From the human T2T-CHM13v2.0 reference genome, Homo sapiens, in assembly GCF_009914755.1 (NCBI RefSeq), contig NC_060931.1: a DNA stretch of 64,000 nt; one strand, 5' to 3'. The translations under genes were made by a program, and so were the position numbers. Positions 1 through 14,295 of the stretch are shown in pieces (the stretch's first letter is position 1; each line of letters begins with the position of its first letter). Below the pieces are notes generated by a model. The model made no database searches and had not been told where the DNA came from. It saw only the letters and a program-made list of their open reading frames with translations.

Positions 1-107
1 GGAAATTCATCATGGTATATCCTTATGATTTTTAAACTTTGTATATAATTTAACAGTATAACAAACTCAAACTCTAATCAGTGATTTTCAGAAAAATATT
101 TGGATGT

Positions 108-467
108 TGTATTAGTCTGTTTTCACACTGCTATAAAGAACGACCTGAGAGAGGGTAATTTATAAAGAAAAGAGGTTTAATTGACTCACAGTTCCAAGTG
201 GCTGGGGAGGCCTGAGGAAACTTACAATCATGGCAGAAGGCGAAAGAGAAGCAAGTCACGTCTTACGTGGCGGCAGGAGAAGGAGCGTGTTGAAGGAAGT
301 GCCGCACTTTTAAACATCAGATCTCATGAGATCTCACTATCACAGAACAGCATGGGGAAAATCTGCCCCCATGATCCAATTACCTCCTACCAGGTCCCTC
401 CCCTGACAGGTGGGGAATTACAATTCGAGATGAGATTTGGGCAGGGACACAGAGTCAAACCATATCA
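108..467 (-). mobile_element. THE1D/MST-type MaLR solo LTR
   Basis: Minus strand begins TGATATGGTTTG...CCCAAATCTCATCTCGAATTG and ends CTAATACA; perfect 5-bp TSD GATGT (103-107 and 468-472). Confidence 0.92.
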
Positions 468-1714
468 GATGTTAAAACCTTTTTTTTCCTTTTTGAGTTG
501 TCAGTTTTGAATATAATTATTTCAAAAATTTCATTTTGTTTCCTTTTCAAATTCTGCCTAGACATTTTTAATAGCATTTTGCTCATGTTTTCAAATCCAT
601 CTTTTATTTCTAGAAACATTTTAGGACATTTCATTTATATTCTGACTGATAATTCTTAAATTCAAGTTCTTGGGAAGTCTAATTCTACTGTTTGTTGTTT
701 CCACTGATGGCTTGTTTACTCTGTGTAACTGGAAACTTTTCATTGTGAAGTCATATGTGGTTGATTTTAATCTGTGAGAATTCTAAAGAGCCCCAGCTGT
801 GGGAACATTCCTACAAAGCTGATTCTCTTCCGATTCTGCTGGAATCCTGAGTCTCTCTCAAACTGGAATTATCTTAACAATTCTTTTGCTTGAGGTTTCC
901 TGGACGGCATATGTGGATAATGTGAGTTTAAGCCCTAAACCTTCATGAGTTCAGAATTCTCAGCAGAGACATTTCCCCACCCCCAGCCAAGGCCAGAACA
1001 ATTTCTCATAGCAGTTTTTCTTTGCCAAATGGATTTTTCTAGTCCATCTTTTCACTGAGGGTGTAGATCTTCAAGATTCCTGGCTTTTGCAGACTCTTAA
1101 TCAGTTCCGTTGACCTTGTAACAGCGCCCAAGTCCTCATCTCCCATTCCACAATGCACCCCTCCCTACTCATCCCTGTTGTATGGCAATTAAAACTGAAG
1201 CTTTCAGTTTCTGTTATCTGCACACACTCCCAAGGCAGCCCATATCTTAGATCCTCACTCACCACCCTGGTGTCAGCTCTCTCTCCATTTTTGCCTCTGT
1301 AGAGACTTACATTCAATTTTTGTGAGCTTAGCTACATATTTAAAAGGTTGTTTTTTATATTACATTCAGCATTTCTCAGTGTCTGTAATTGGGAGAGTTT
1401 CTCCAAATATCTATTCTTCATAATACTAGAAGCAGAAGTTCAACAGGCCTTCTCTATCTGATGCTTAAAAGCTAGCGAGGCAGTCATTTCAGGGCTTTGG
1501 AGAGGTCCTACTCTGTTACCTCCCAGCTTAATTACAACTGAATTTTCTAGAACTAAAAAAAATGTTTAACATGAGCAGAGGTGAGGTGAGGTGTCAATCA
1601 ATCCATTTTCACAATATGCTACCACCTACTATTCAGTGGACTTGCTAAAAAGTCACCTAGCAGAGAGAGCCTTGCCACTTTGTTATGCCAAAGGATCAAA
1701 TAATGCAGAAACCA

Positions 1715-1825
1715 TTCATTCATACAATAAATATTCACCAAGAATCTGCTCTTTGCAAGGTACAAAGTGCTAGGCAAACAAAAGTGATTAAAACAGGAAC
1801 TTGGCCCTCAAAGAGTTTAGCTAGA
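1715..1825 (-). mobile_element. L2 3'-end fragment
   Basis: CATTCATTCA...AAATATT...GTGCTAGG...GCCCTCAAAGAGTTTAG pattern typical of an antisense L2 tail. Confidence 0.5.
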
Positions 1826-1904
1826 ATGCCTAAAAATTTTCTTGCCTTAAGTGCAAATTGATCAATAAGTAGAGATTGCCTGGAGCATTGTATTAAGAAT
1901 CTGA

Positions 1905-2247
<343 letters not shown>

Positions 2248-2269
2248 CTAGTGAGTCATCTGTTAAAAT

Positions 2270-2810
2270 ACAAACCCCACTATGCCATTTCCCTGTTGAA
2301 GCACCTCTAATAGCTTCCCATTACTCCCAGGTTGTAATCCAAACTCTGTGGCCTACAAGGAGGTCCTCCCAGATGTGGCCCTGCCTGTCTCCCAGTCTTC
2401 CTCTTGTTCACTCCATTCTATCCATACTAGCTTCCTTCTGCTCTTCAAAGGTGCCTAGTTCATTCTCACTTTAGCTCTTTTGCACATATTCTTCCTCCCA
2501 CCTAGAATATTCTTAGTTCTTTACATGGGTCCCACTTCTCATCATGAGTCTCAGCTTAAATGAGACACACTTTGAGAGGGCCCTTCCCTAAAGACCCTGT
2601 AAAAAGGATCTCTCCCACCATATCATTTATCTGTCACATCACCCTTTTTAAATTTTCTTCACAGTCCATATCAGTATCTTAAATTATCAAGTTATTTGTA
2701 TATTTTCTCATTTATTCTTTACTTTTCTCTATATTCTCTAAATGTACCTGGCATATGTAATGGGTGCTCTGTGGTATACATATGGATGAATACATAAATG
2801 GATAAATGGT
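2270..2810 (+). mobile_element. L2 3' fragment
   Basis: Degenerate L2 motifs (CTTCCCATT...TCCAAACTC...GGCCTACAAGG; CCTGGCATAT...GTGCTC...ATGAAT tail). Confidence 0.65.
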
Positions 2811-3854
2811 CAGTGATGTCTGCAAGCATGCAAAATAGGAGGGTGGCTCTACTTGTACTACCTAAGTGCATCAGAGGAAAGGTGACAGTAACAAAAAACA
2901 TCAACTAAGTGCAAAAAATGCCGTTAGGTTCAGGAGTGATGAAAGGGGACATAATGAACTCTGTTGGGAGCAAGTGAAGGACACAGGCAGGGAAACTGTC
3001 CTTGAAAAGGCAGCTTACCAAAGACCCTAAAGAAAAGCTGGAAGTTACTGGCAGGCATGGTGGAAAAAAGCATCCAGACAGAAAAAGCACATGCAGCAAC
3101 AAGCAGCTGTGAGATTCCTCCTTACTTCATGCTATCACCCTGAATTCAGGGAATCAGAACTTCCCAAAGGGTTCCAGTTTTGGCCTCTTGTCCAGAGATG
3201 TCCAGGTGGCCAAATATCAAAGTCCTGTTTCAGACTTTCCCATTAACTAATCATATGGTTTCTAAGAGAGTCATTCTACCCCTGGAGGCCCCCACCTTCA
3301 GCAGCTATAAAACCAGGATGTGGCTCGTAGGTCTCTCATATCCCTTCCATCTCTGCAGGTCTGTTAGATACTCCCGTGTTTGCTCCAGCACACATTCTGA
3401 ATTGGCCAGTACTGGAACTGTAAAACATATTGATTCCTTTTGGTGATTTCTTTTGTGCTGGTTTTTGTTTTTTAATGATTAAGAGATAGTCTACAGAATA
3501 TCAGTGTTCCACTCTGTCACTCAGTTATAGCTAAACAAATCAATTATAAAATTAAGCTCTGAATTTTGGTAAATTCCAAAGCCTTGCACATGCTGCCTCT
3601 GGCCAGTCTGAAGTCCACCGCTCCATATCACTGAAAGCCCTTCTTTAGAATGCAGGTGACTGGGTCCAACCATTTACCATCCAACCCCCCAGAGCCACTG
3701 AATTAGCATCTCTCATGAGTGGGGCCCAGAAATCCACATTGTCAACATTGGTAATGCCCAGTTAATTCTTTCTTATTCACCCTCAAGGAGAGAACCACTA
3801 CCTCTTAGCTTCGCTCTGTTCCAGGATAAAAACAAAACAATAACCAAAACACTA

Positions 3855-4040
3855 ACAGTGGCCAGCATGCATTGAGTGCTTCTTATGTGTCGTGATTTGT
3901 CCCAGGCTTCTGACTTCCTTTCTTGCCCCAACAGTGTTGAATCACTTGCCCAGGTTCACATAGCAACCAGCTGGGGAATGAGGATTTGAATCCATGTTCT
4001 TTGGACTCCAGCATCCATGTTTCCAACTGCTAACTACACT
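3855..4040 (-). mobile_element. MIR
   Basis: CACTTGCCCAGGTTCACATAGC...GGATTTGAATCCA core in reverse orientation. Confidence 0.7.
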
Positions 4041-4044
4041 ACAG

Positions 4045-4282
4045 CAGGGTACAATGCTTAAGAGCCTCATTCAGCTCTAGCATCGGACTTGATGAGTTCA
4101 AATCCCAGCTGTACCATTTACTAGCTGTGTGGCCTTGGGCAAGTTATTTTGCCTCCTTCAGCCTCAGTTTCCTCAATGTAAGGTGAGGATAATAAGCATT
4201 GCTACTTCATAGGGTGCTTGGTTGTGAAGGACAACTGAGTAAAATGCTGAGAAGGGAACCTGGTGCATAGTGAGCGTCAGCC
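4045..4282 (+). mobile_element. MIR
   Basis: GTTCAAATCCCAGCT...CTAGCTGTGTGGCCTTGGGCAAGTTA...CCTCAGTTTCCTCA core. Confidence 0.85.
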
Positions 4283-5115
4283 ATGATGATCCAGCCTCCC
4301 TTTCTCCAGGCTTGGGCTCCTTGGGGCGTGGTACTTGTCCCAAAGGAAATCTCTGTCAAGCATGAGTAGACGGAACTGAAGAAAATCCATCCTCTCTGCT
4401 GGAAAGCAACCCACAGCCCATGGTCTACTGACAGTGGGTCAGTAGTGTTGTCTTTGGAGATAAAGTATGGCACATTATTTGAACTTGAATGTTCAAAGGG
4501 CATCAACTCCTTTCTAGCACACAACACTTTCAGCCTTGCTGCTTCTTTTTCTTTCATGCCTCCTAATGGTTCTGTCTGTCATTATGAACCTTTCAGCTCT
4601 GCTTCCACAAAGCACAAAGGGATCCCATCCTTTAATCCTCAAAATAGTTTGTCTTTATAGTTTGGCAGGTAAGAGTTGGTTGGAGCAGTAACTCCTGAAA
4701 CCTGCCTCTCATTATGCCAAGAACTGCAATGTGTTTGCCACATAAAAGCATGAGTGATAACAAATGCTTTCCGATGGTGAGAACTGCTCTTTATGGCCTG
4801 CTTTCCAAGTGCCCTCTTGACATAGAAGAACTTTTTTTTTTACAACATCAATCATCATTAGTAGCAAATGGTGATATCTGTATCTGTCCAGGTGACATCT
4901 CAGCCAAGGAAGGAAGCCACATCCTGAGAATGTCAGCTGTTACCTCAAGACTGAAATACAGCAATAGTTACCTCAAGATAGAAATATAGTAAAGAACTTT
5001 TGTCTTTCATGACAGAAATTATTCCATAGGTCATATTTTTACTAAATCTTCTAAGGAGGTACTTAAAATTACTTTTTCGTTGTAAATAAAACTAGTTTTA
5101 GAGTAATGCATAATA

Positions 5116-5366
5116 TTTTATTCTTTTATTTTTGAGACAGGGTCTCACTCTGTCATCCAGGCTGGAGTACAGTGGCATGATCCTAGCTCACTGTAGATTC
5201 GAAATCCTGTTCCAGTGGTCCTCCCACCTCAACCTCCTGATCAACTGAACTACAGGAATGCACCACCAAACCCAGCTAATTATTTTTTTGTAGAGGTGGG
5301 GGTCTCACAATGCTGCCCAGACTGTTCTCAAACTCCTGGCCTCAAGTGATGTTCCTGCCCAGGCCT
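5116..5366 (-). mobile_element. AluJ-like element with deletions
   Basis: T-rich tail then GAGACAGGGTCTCACTCTGTC; divergent, part of the left arm missing. Confidence 0.85.
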
Positions 5367-6129
5367 AAAATTTTAAGTAAGTTCCTATTTATGACCACAG
5401 ATATTTTGAGAGTCCATTGCCATGCTAGCCTTATGCAAATTCAGCGATGCACCCATGAACCACTATACCCACCCCAAAAGCTCCACCCAGGGGAGACAAG
5501 GCATCTGAGGGGCACAAGCCCCAGCAGACCACCACGGATCTGCTGACCTGGGAGCAAACAGACTCCTCCTCTTAAAAGATCTACCCACTCAGCAATACCT
5601 GAACTTTGCAGGAGCCAGCAAACAAGCACCTCACTCCTTGGTAAGACTTTCCTTTTGCTGCACCAAACTGGAATCTTCCTACCGCCCCAACCTACTGAAT
5701 CTATACCATTATTTCAGCAAGAGAAACTGAGCAAAACATTGACTACTTGTGTTAGAGAACAATGAAATATTCTCATCAGAAACCCTATCCTAGAGAAGGA
5801 AACTGTCTGCAGTAGAGGGAGGAGCTCCACTAACTTCGAACAGCTCCAGGACTGACATCGCTAAGGTCTTCCCAACTTTATCTTTTCTCACTAGCCCCCA
5901 GAGCTGTCCAGTTCCAGCACATGGACATATATGAAAATACAATATCATATGCCTCCTCCACTGACCAGGGCAAAAGCTGCAGTAAAAGAACTATCAAGTC
6001 AAGGAATTATCTTAAAATATTACTAATAACATTACCAAATTACAAAAAAAGGATCTTTAATAAGCCTTCCATCTAATGAAGAATGGAATGAAAATCAAGA
6101 AAAAATGTTGACAGAATACAAAAAGCTGA

Positions 6130-6463
<334 letters not shown>

Positions 6464-7019
6464 GCTGAACATATTTAGTCAAACTTCTTACCAGAGTAAA
6501 TCCCATTGTAACCACTGAGGCAAGCTTGGCTCCTCCCAGAATCTGCTTTCTAGGCTCAGTCCTTCACATGGTCTTCCTTCTTGTCCCCTTGGTCACCAAG
6601 CCATGCAGCCCTTCCACCCTTGGCCCATGCAGGTATAATTCTGGTCCCTAGCCCCCAAGGTAAGGAAGCCTCTTCACTTCCAAGTCCCCAAAGTCACCTG
6701 CCTGGGCCACTAGCCATGCAGCAGTAACTTCATACTTCCCTGTTTTGCTCTTCTTGAAGGTTCCTATTGTCCAACCATAGGCCAGGAAGCCCTGCTCTTA
6801 CTAAATCAAGTGTTCTCAATCAACTCACCTGAGTCAAACAGGCCTTAAAAGTCTACCTATGCCAATCTTGTCATTTACATGTAAGGCAGAGAGGCTGAAT
6901 GACTTGCTCAAGGTCATAAAGAAAATTAAGGAGTACAAGCCAAGCCTCCTGTTACCCAGGCCAGTGGTTTTCACATGGTACCACCGATGAAGCCTGGGGC
7001 TATAGACCCCGTTGAGCCC

Positions 7020-7380
7020 TGCCCAGTATTCCTTTTCCACCTGTCACCAGTGCTACTGCTAACCTCACACCTCTAATCTTCTCGAGAGAACCACTCTTGG
7101 GTGATATAGCCACCTTGCCCAAGTATGCCCGGGAATTATCACTTAGGACCAGGTTGCCCGTAGCTCAAGACTGGTTGATGCAAAGATACAAAATTCCTAC
7201 TTTCCTGCCTCAAGGAAGAACACACCCTGCTATGATTGATGCTTCAGAGCATCCACAGGATCAGGCTCAGAATGGGCCTCACCTGAAAGTGCATCCTTTC
7301 TCCTGAGAATGCTCGTTAATAACTCATTTTGCTAAGATTCTCTTATATTCAGCTCTGCTTCTAGGGAATCTAACCTGACA
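7020..7380 (+). mobile_element. LTR16-like ERVL LTR remnant
   Basis: Ends CTCTGCTTCTAGGGAATCTAACCTGACA, resembling the LTR16/LTR33 3' terminus. Confidence 0.5.
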
Positions 7381-7784
7381 CTGGGGTTCTCTCTGAGCAT
7401 TCCAAGCAAGTATACTGGTCCAGGCCCCACAGTGCTCAAATGGCCTCCATGACAATCTTTATCCAGAGCCCATCAACATTCAATCCAGTCCCTCAGTCAG
7501 GAATATCCCTTGTCCCTTCCAGCCTAGAAGTCCACTCTTCCTCCTGAGAGAAGCACCAAGTCCCTCCCTCCTGCCCTCTCAAGCTCTCACCTGACTTGTA
7601 GTTAGGATCTGAAAGAAACTCTGAAGTCAGTGAATCATCAAGCTGAGGTCATCAGCAGCATAACACTCCCTAAAATATTTAGTCTTTGGTGCTCCTTAGG
7701 GAGCAGAGAAATGCCCCCACAGTGTCCCTTAATTTGCTTCTTAAATGGTGAAATCTCTTAAACAGAGAATGAGGGTTTTCATTA

Positions 7785-8090
<306 letters not shown>

Positions 8091-8349
8091 ATCACCAACA
8101 AGCCACCCATTGCTTTTGAAGATACTCTACCCTACTTTCTCAGAGGAATCACTGTTCTTGCTACATGTTCTAACTGATGTTCTTATCTGGATACAAAATT
8201 AAAAAGGTTTGTCACTCTGGAGTAATTATTTAACTATGACTTGTTTACATAAAACAGCATCCTAGAAAATGAGTTTGCACTGGTTTCTTTCACAGCAGAG
8301 ATCAGATTATTGACAAAATATCCGGAGAACTTATAACCTGCTTTGTAAC

Positions 8350-8550
8350 AATAATGGCTATTCATGTATAGTGCCCAATATGTTCCAGGCACCAGAAATA
8401 TGTCCCTTCTAATCCTTGCAACAGGTGGGGACAATACTGGTCAGAGAAGTTAAATAACTTGATCAAGGTTAAGCAACAAATACATGGTAGAAACAGGATT
8501 TGAACCCAGGTCTGTCTACCCACAAAGCAAGTGACTGGGCCACTTCACCA
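8350..8550 (-). mobile_element. MIR
   Basis: CAGAGAAGTTAAATAACTTG...AGGATTTGAACCCAGGTCTG. Confidence 0.7.
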
Positions 8551-9097
8551 CCTCTACCTCCTGTTCTCCAGTGCTTGAGACTGGTTCTACCCTGCAGCAG
8601 TTCCTGTTCCAAGCTAAGCTTCGTACAAGAATTAATGGACGTTCTCAAAAGTACACCCTGTTCTCTGACCTTGAGAGAGGAACAAGAAGAAGAGCATCTG
8701 GTGTAGACAAATGTAAGGATCAAGAGGGGCTTTGACAGGAAGGCAGAGTAAATGTTCTCTTCCCTGTTTCTCCCATAAGTCTAGCTAAAAACTGAGCATT
8801 AGATCTAAAACAAGCATAAGAAGACACCGAAAGGTGGGGAGCTGCCAAGTGGGTTAAGGACCTCAGGACCCAGGGAATGACATGGCAACGAGTTCCTGAA
8901 TTTTCTTTTTCCCTCATGTATTTCCTCATCTATACCTGAAAAGCCAGCAACCTGGAAACACCAATACACATAGACCAAAAACAAATAAGCAAAAAAAGCT
9001 CCTCTCTTTGTCCAAAGAACCAGGAAAGGGGCAGCCTAGCTTCTTTTAGATTGAAGAAAAAAATGAAAACTTTTAGATAATAACCACTCTACTCGAA

Positions 9098-9112
9098 ACA
9101 CACCACACACAC

Positions 9113-9161
<49 letters not shown>
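9098..9161. repeat. (CA)n microsatellite
   Basis: About 30 CA units with two interruptions. Confidence 0.97.
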
Positions 9162-9164
<3 letters not shown>

Positions 9165-10446
9165 CTGTGGACCCACCCATACAAGCAAAGACCTAGTGGG
9201 GAACCTAGACAGTAGTGAGGAGCCCCAACACCTCCACCAGGATAGTTTCTGAGAGGCTGAGTGTGGAGGCTGGCCTTTCATCTCTGCTAGGTGGCAATGT
9301 GGCTGCAAAGGTGTCAGAGGAGGCTGGTGGAGAATCAGGTCTTACCCGCCACCACTCAGCAGTAATGAAGCCATTCCAACCGTGGGAGTGGAGGTCACAT
9401 GGAGAACCATAACAGGACTCCTCCTCCTGGCAGCCAGATGGATATGGGTTTCAAAGAGCAACTATAAATGTTCTTGAAACAAAAAACTACAAAGAACTAG
9501 CAAAGTAATGAGAAGTATCAGCAAAGAAACAGAAGATAGAAGAACCAAGTAGAAACTTTGGGACTGAAATATATTATAAATGAAATGTAAAAAAAAAAAA
9601 AAAACTCAATGGATGGGTTCAATAGCAGAATAAAGAGAACAGAGGCCAAAAAAAATCTGTGAACTTACAGATAAAACAATTACCCATAAACAATCAAAAT
9701 AAATTAGGCTGGGGAAAAAAATGAACTAAGCCTCAGAGACGTGTTGAACTACAAAAAAAAGATGTTAAAGGTAGGTCATCTGACTCCCAGAAGGAGAGGA
9801 AAAAGAGGGTAGGGCTAGAAAAGCATTTGAAGAAATAATGGCTAAAAACTTTCCAAAGTTGGCAAAAGACAGAATCAAGAATCTGAGCACCAAATGGGAT
9901 AAACCCAAAGAAATCCACACCAAGATGCATCACAGTCCCACAAAAAGACAAAGGAAAAAGCCTTGACAGTAGCCAGAGAGAAATGATGCATGAAGCCATA
10001 GGGGAAGAACAATTTGAATGACAGAGGATTTCGCAAAATAAACCAAGGAGGCCAGTAGGAAGCAGTGCAACATTTTTTAAGTGCTGAAAGAAAGAACTAT
10101 CAATCCAAAATTCTATATCCAGAGAAAATATTCTTCAGGGATGACATTCTCAGATGAAGAAAAACTAAGAGGATTTGTCACCAGGAGACCTGCCCTAAAA
10201 TAATGACTAAAGGAAGTTCTCTAAACAAAAAGGAAAAGATAAAAGAAAGAATGTCTCAGAACATCAGGAAGGAAGAAAAAAACATGGCAAAAATATATAT
10301 AAATACAATCGAGTTTGCTTTGCTTCTCCTCTTGAGTTTTCTAGATTCAGTTGATGATTAAAAAATCATAACACTGTCTAATGCAGTTCTCAAGGTATGC
10401 AAAAGAAATAAGACAATCATATAATTGGAAGGGTAAAGGGAGGTAA

Positions 10447-10587
10447 TTTTCTTTTTCTTTTACTTTTTTGTAGCAACAAGGTCTTGCCATGTTGCCTAGG
10501 CTGGTCTGAATTCCTGAACTCAAGCAATCTGCCTGCCTTGGCCTCCTAAAGTGCTGGGATTGCAGGTGTGAGCCCCTGTGCCTGGCC
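10447..10587 (-). mobile_element. Alu left-arm monomer (FLAM-like)
   Basis: Single arm ending GTGAGCCCCTGTGCCTGGCC, preceded by a T-tract. Confidence 0.85.
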
Positions 10588-11306
10588 CATGTCTAGGTTT
10601 CTATACTTCGCTGGACCTAATAAAATGACAATAATAGTAGGCAATGATAAATCATGTATGTCTACATGTTTAAAAAGCCATGTCAAAAGATACACTCTAA
10701 AGCAATATAGATAAATCAAAATTGGATTCTATAAAATGCTCAAAGAACCCACAGAACAGCAGGAAAAGGTCCAAGGAGAAACTGAAGAGGAGGAATGGAG
10801 GCATCTGCCCCTCCTTCTGCCAGGGTCACTTTAAAACTAGACCCTTTTCACAAGGTGGGGAGCACAGTCATTTCTGCTGTTCTGGGGGTACATCTAGGGT
10901 GGGACAGGGATGAACCCACCAGGCTTTTCCACAGAGCTTTGCCTTGCATTGGTGAATGTGTGCCCTGGTGCTTATGGAAGGCTCTTCTCAAAGCCCGCAG
11001 GCTGACCTGCCAGCACACCCAAAGTGGCTCCTTGTCAAGGCTCAGGGTCTCAGCTCACCTTCAGCATGGTGGAGTTTCCCTCCTGGGGGAGAACAGTACA
11101 TTTGCACTCTGTTTACAAAAAGCCAAAAGCTATGCTTTGTGTGCAACCTATCTGCTGGAAAAAAAAAAAAAATGGAACTAAGGTGTCTTTGAGAATGATC
11201 TGATGCAGCTAGGTCAGGGGGAAGAAAGAAACGCAACAATTTGGAGCAGTGCCCCAAACGCTTAAATGAGCTGGGTACAAATCAGTCAGCGTTGGTAAAC
11301 TCTACC

Positions 11307-11392
11307 TATAGATAGATATAATATCTATTTTATAATAGATAGATTATATATTTATAATATATATACTATATATTATATAGATATTTTATAAT
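11307..11392. repeat. AT-rich / (TA)n low-complexity tract
   Basis: Degenerate TATA/TAGA units. Confidence 0.85.
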
Positions 11393-13799
11393 AGGCATTT
11401 TCTGACTTAGAAATACTAAGACAAAACAGATACTAAGTTCCAGAGAACCTCCCTTTAATTTTATTAGGGACAGGAGTCCTGAATCCTTCCAGGCAAGAAG
11501 ATAGCCCCACAGTCTTGTAGTAAACCGTGTGCTGCTGTGTTTCTAGACCCTTAACTTTGTACCTCCTAGAAGAATGCTTCTAAAAACTTTCATTACACTT
11601 GTTGATAATGTTTACACTTTAAAAAATACATATATCTGGGAAGGTATTTGTACACGTCATTCATTATTCCAAATATAAGGGTATTTGTACATTACATGTC
11701 ATTCATTATTTCAAATGTAATTTTAATCAGATCAACATAAAAGCATCTTAATATAATCAGTAGTGGCACTGGTAACTTTAAATATTAAAATCTACAATAG
11801 GAAAAAAGGAGCTTTGATTCATTGTCTCTTTTCAAATTAGCACAATCAACTTAGCACACACCTCTAACCTTTCTTTCCAACCTCTCATGTTCTTTCTGCC
11901 TTTTCTCTTGCTTCTCACTCCCCCAGCCCATGATATAACAAAGAGAAGGCTGTAGAGGGCAGAGTCAGGGTTGACAAAAAACAGATTCCAATTATTCCTT
12001 CTCCTTGCACGTATTCAAAAACCTATAGCCTTTTATAAAAATATTTCGATTTTTTCCCAGGAAATCTACTTTTTATGTTTGCCCTGTCTTTAGCCAACTC
12101 TAATAGATTTTTCTGTTGAGTTCTGATCTGTACCTGAGATTCTTAAGAGGTATATTTGCAGACAAAACCAGGAAGATTTCCCTGAATTTTTTGGAAACAA
12201 TCTTCCTTACACCAAAAAGTAAATTGCCCAAGGAAGCCTCTCCCACCTAGGACTTCCTAAGAGCAGAACTGGCACTTGTAAAAACTCAGGAAGGTTGCAA
12301 AAAAATTGGAAATGGGGTTCCATGGTTTCAATATAACGTTAAATTTGAAAATTAACGCCTCAAGTTAATTTGGCTCTTTCTGTCTTGAGCTGATTAGTGA
12401 ACACTAGAATTCATGCTAGAGCTCCCAAACCATTTGCCTGCAATGCAGGGCTCATGTTCCAAATTCTGCTTTTTGCAGTAAAAAATAATATGCTCACATC
12501 ATTTCATGACTGTGGTGCTACAGTGTTTCTACCGGCTTGCACGCCTCCTACGGGTGGGCTGATGTTTATTGTATTAGTACATAATGCTGCAACTTTCCAC
12601 TGGCACACAAAGCTAGTGGTTTTCTAAAGCAGTCCTGGAATTCATTACCATGGAAACAAAAGGTATAAAAAGCTGTTTTTATCTAATAGGAAAACTTAGA
12701 GGAACTCTAAAAAAGATCAAAAGTGTTTTCAAAGTAAAGGTAGAGTCAAATACATTAAGTTTAGGTTAAAGGAGCCTCGGAAAGGAATCGCAAGGGTTAA
12801 CAGAGGAAGGAGGCGGACTCTGTAGTGATGGGAGAAAACTCAGCAGCGCCACTGGGAGGCTCTGAAACTGGGACAAGGATGGATAAGTCGGGCTGCCGAC
12901 CAAGTCCACCCCCAAAAAAGTGGCTGAAAGAACCCAATACTCTTCCTCTGCCAAGGTACAGGAGACATGGTTAGAACTCCAGTCTCTCCCCACAGAGGTG
13001 AAAATGAGTAGTTTGTTCTTCGGACATAAATAATATCATACACACCCTGGTCCTAATACATCCATCCAACCATTCTAGACTCTAGATTCTAGACATGGAA
13101 ACGAGAAGCAAATGAAAAGCTTAATATAAATATGTTCATTTTATCAACTCATCATTTGATCTAGAGCTTGATCTCATGTGTTCAGGAAATGCTGTCACAG
13201 GTCCTATTTTAGTTTGGGAAAGGAGTAAGCGCAAACCACAAGTATTTATTTTGGTGTTTACGGTGTTTCCCTAACATCCAAATAAGTTCACCACATCCTG
13301 CCATCAGCTTCAAAATAGAATTTTGGATATATTCTTCCTTCCATGGAAAACTTCCTGATACATAAACTGCTCTGACCATCTGTAATAATACAAACTCTTA
13401 TCCAGTATCCTCCTCAGAAAACATCTGGAACAATAGGAAGCTCCCATCAATGCTGCTAAAGGAACACAACGTTTCTGGAAGCCATGTGATCATTCCGGCA
13501 GCAGGGAAGATACATGGGGTCACAGGCAGTCAGACTCCATCCTTGTACTGAGGCCACTGCCCACCATGGGTGTGCTGGCCAGCCCATCTGCCATTCTAGC
13601 CAGCGATATACGGAGAGTATGAGGCTTACAGAGCTGAAGTCTTCTGCATTAAAAGGCTTAATTTTCCTGCTCAAAGGCAGTCTTTTAGAATAGCAAGGAA
13701 AAATTATTTTAACTTAGAATGGGGTTAAACTAACAGCAGGACTGTGTTTAGAGAAAGGAAACCATACAGAAATAATTTGAAAACATACCATCTAAAAGG

Positions 13800-14020
13800 C
13801 AGTAAAAAGCAATGGTTGAAAGCATGGACTTTTGAGTCCATCAGACACATAGGTTTGAATATCACATGCCCACTTACTTTCCATGTAACCTTAGATAAGC
13901 CTCAGTTCCTCATCTGAAAACCATACCTATCTGACAGAATTGTTGTAAGGATCCAATAAGATCAGGCGTGTTACATGTTTAGCATAGTGCCTGGCATATG
14001 GGAAGCTGTCAATAAACATT
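13800..14020 (+). mobile_element. MIR
   Basis: GGTTTGAAT...GCCTCAGTTCCTCATCTGAAAA...TTAGCATAGTGCCTGGCATA...CAATAAA. Confidence 0.8.
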
Positions 14021-14049
14021 ACCTCTTGCACTGTTTCTGTTACAGGGAG

Positions 14050-14295
14050 CAGGTGATGTTTAGCCTGGAGAACTGAAGGCTCAGGAAGAACGGGGTCTTC
14101 AAACACCTGAAGGACTGTCTCATGAAAAAGAGATGCACAAGACAGGAGAATTGAGCAGAGAGATGTTTAACTCAAATCGAAGAACAAAGACAGCATTGAA
14201 TCACCACCTATCAAGGGTCTTACTTGAATAGACTTTGGTTTGGATGAGAGGCTATAGAAGAAAACCTCAAAAGTCTCTTCCAATTCTAAGGTTTC
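14050..14295 (+). mobile_element. L3/CR1 3' fragment
   Basis: ATGTTTAGCCTGGAGAA...GTCTTCAAACACCTGAAGGACTGTC and an AAGTCTCTTCCAATTCTAAG tail typical of CR1/L3. Confidence 0.6.

Larger units (their letters stand above)
8770..10790 (+). mobile_element. Old L1M (L1MC/MD-like) 5' region/ORF1 remnant, interrupted by (CA)n and an Alu monomer
   Basis: A-rich ORF1-like segments (CTCAATGGATGGGTTCAATAGCAGA; CCCAGAAGGAGAGGA; TTTGAAGAAATAATGGCTAAAAACTTTCCAAA; AAAATTCTATATCCAG); boundaries approximate. Confidence 0.7.

Noticed and set aside
3855-4282. Head-to-head MIR pair as a hairpin/miRNA precursor
   Set aside because: The arms are too diverged to give a long duplex by eye.
5524-5546. REST/NRSE site suggested by CACCACGGA
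   Set aside because: Only the centre matches; both conserved half-sites (TCAGCACC, GGACAG) are broken.
13073-13094. Three clustered TCTAGA palindromes as a heat-shock element
   Set aside because: Lacks properly phased nGAAn units; most likely a micro-duplication.
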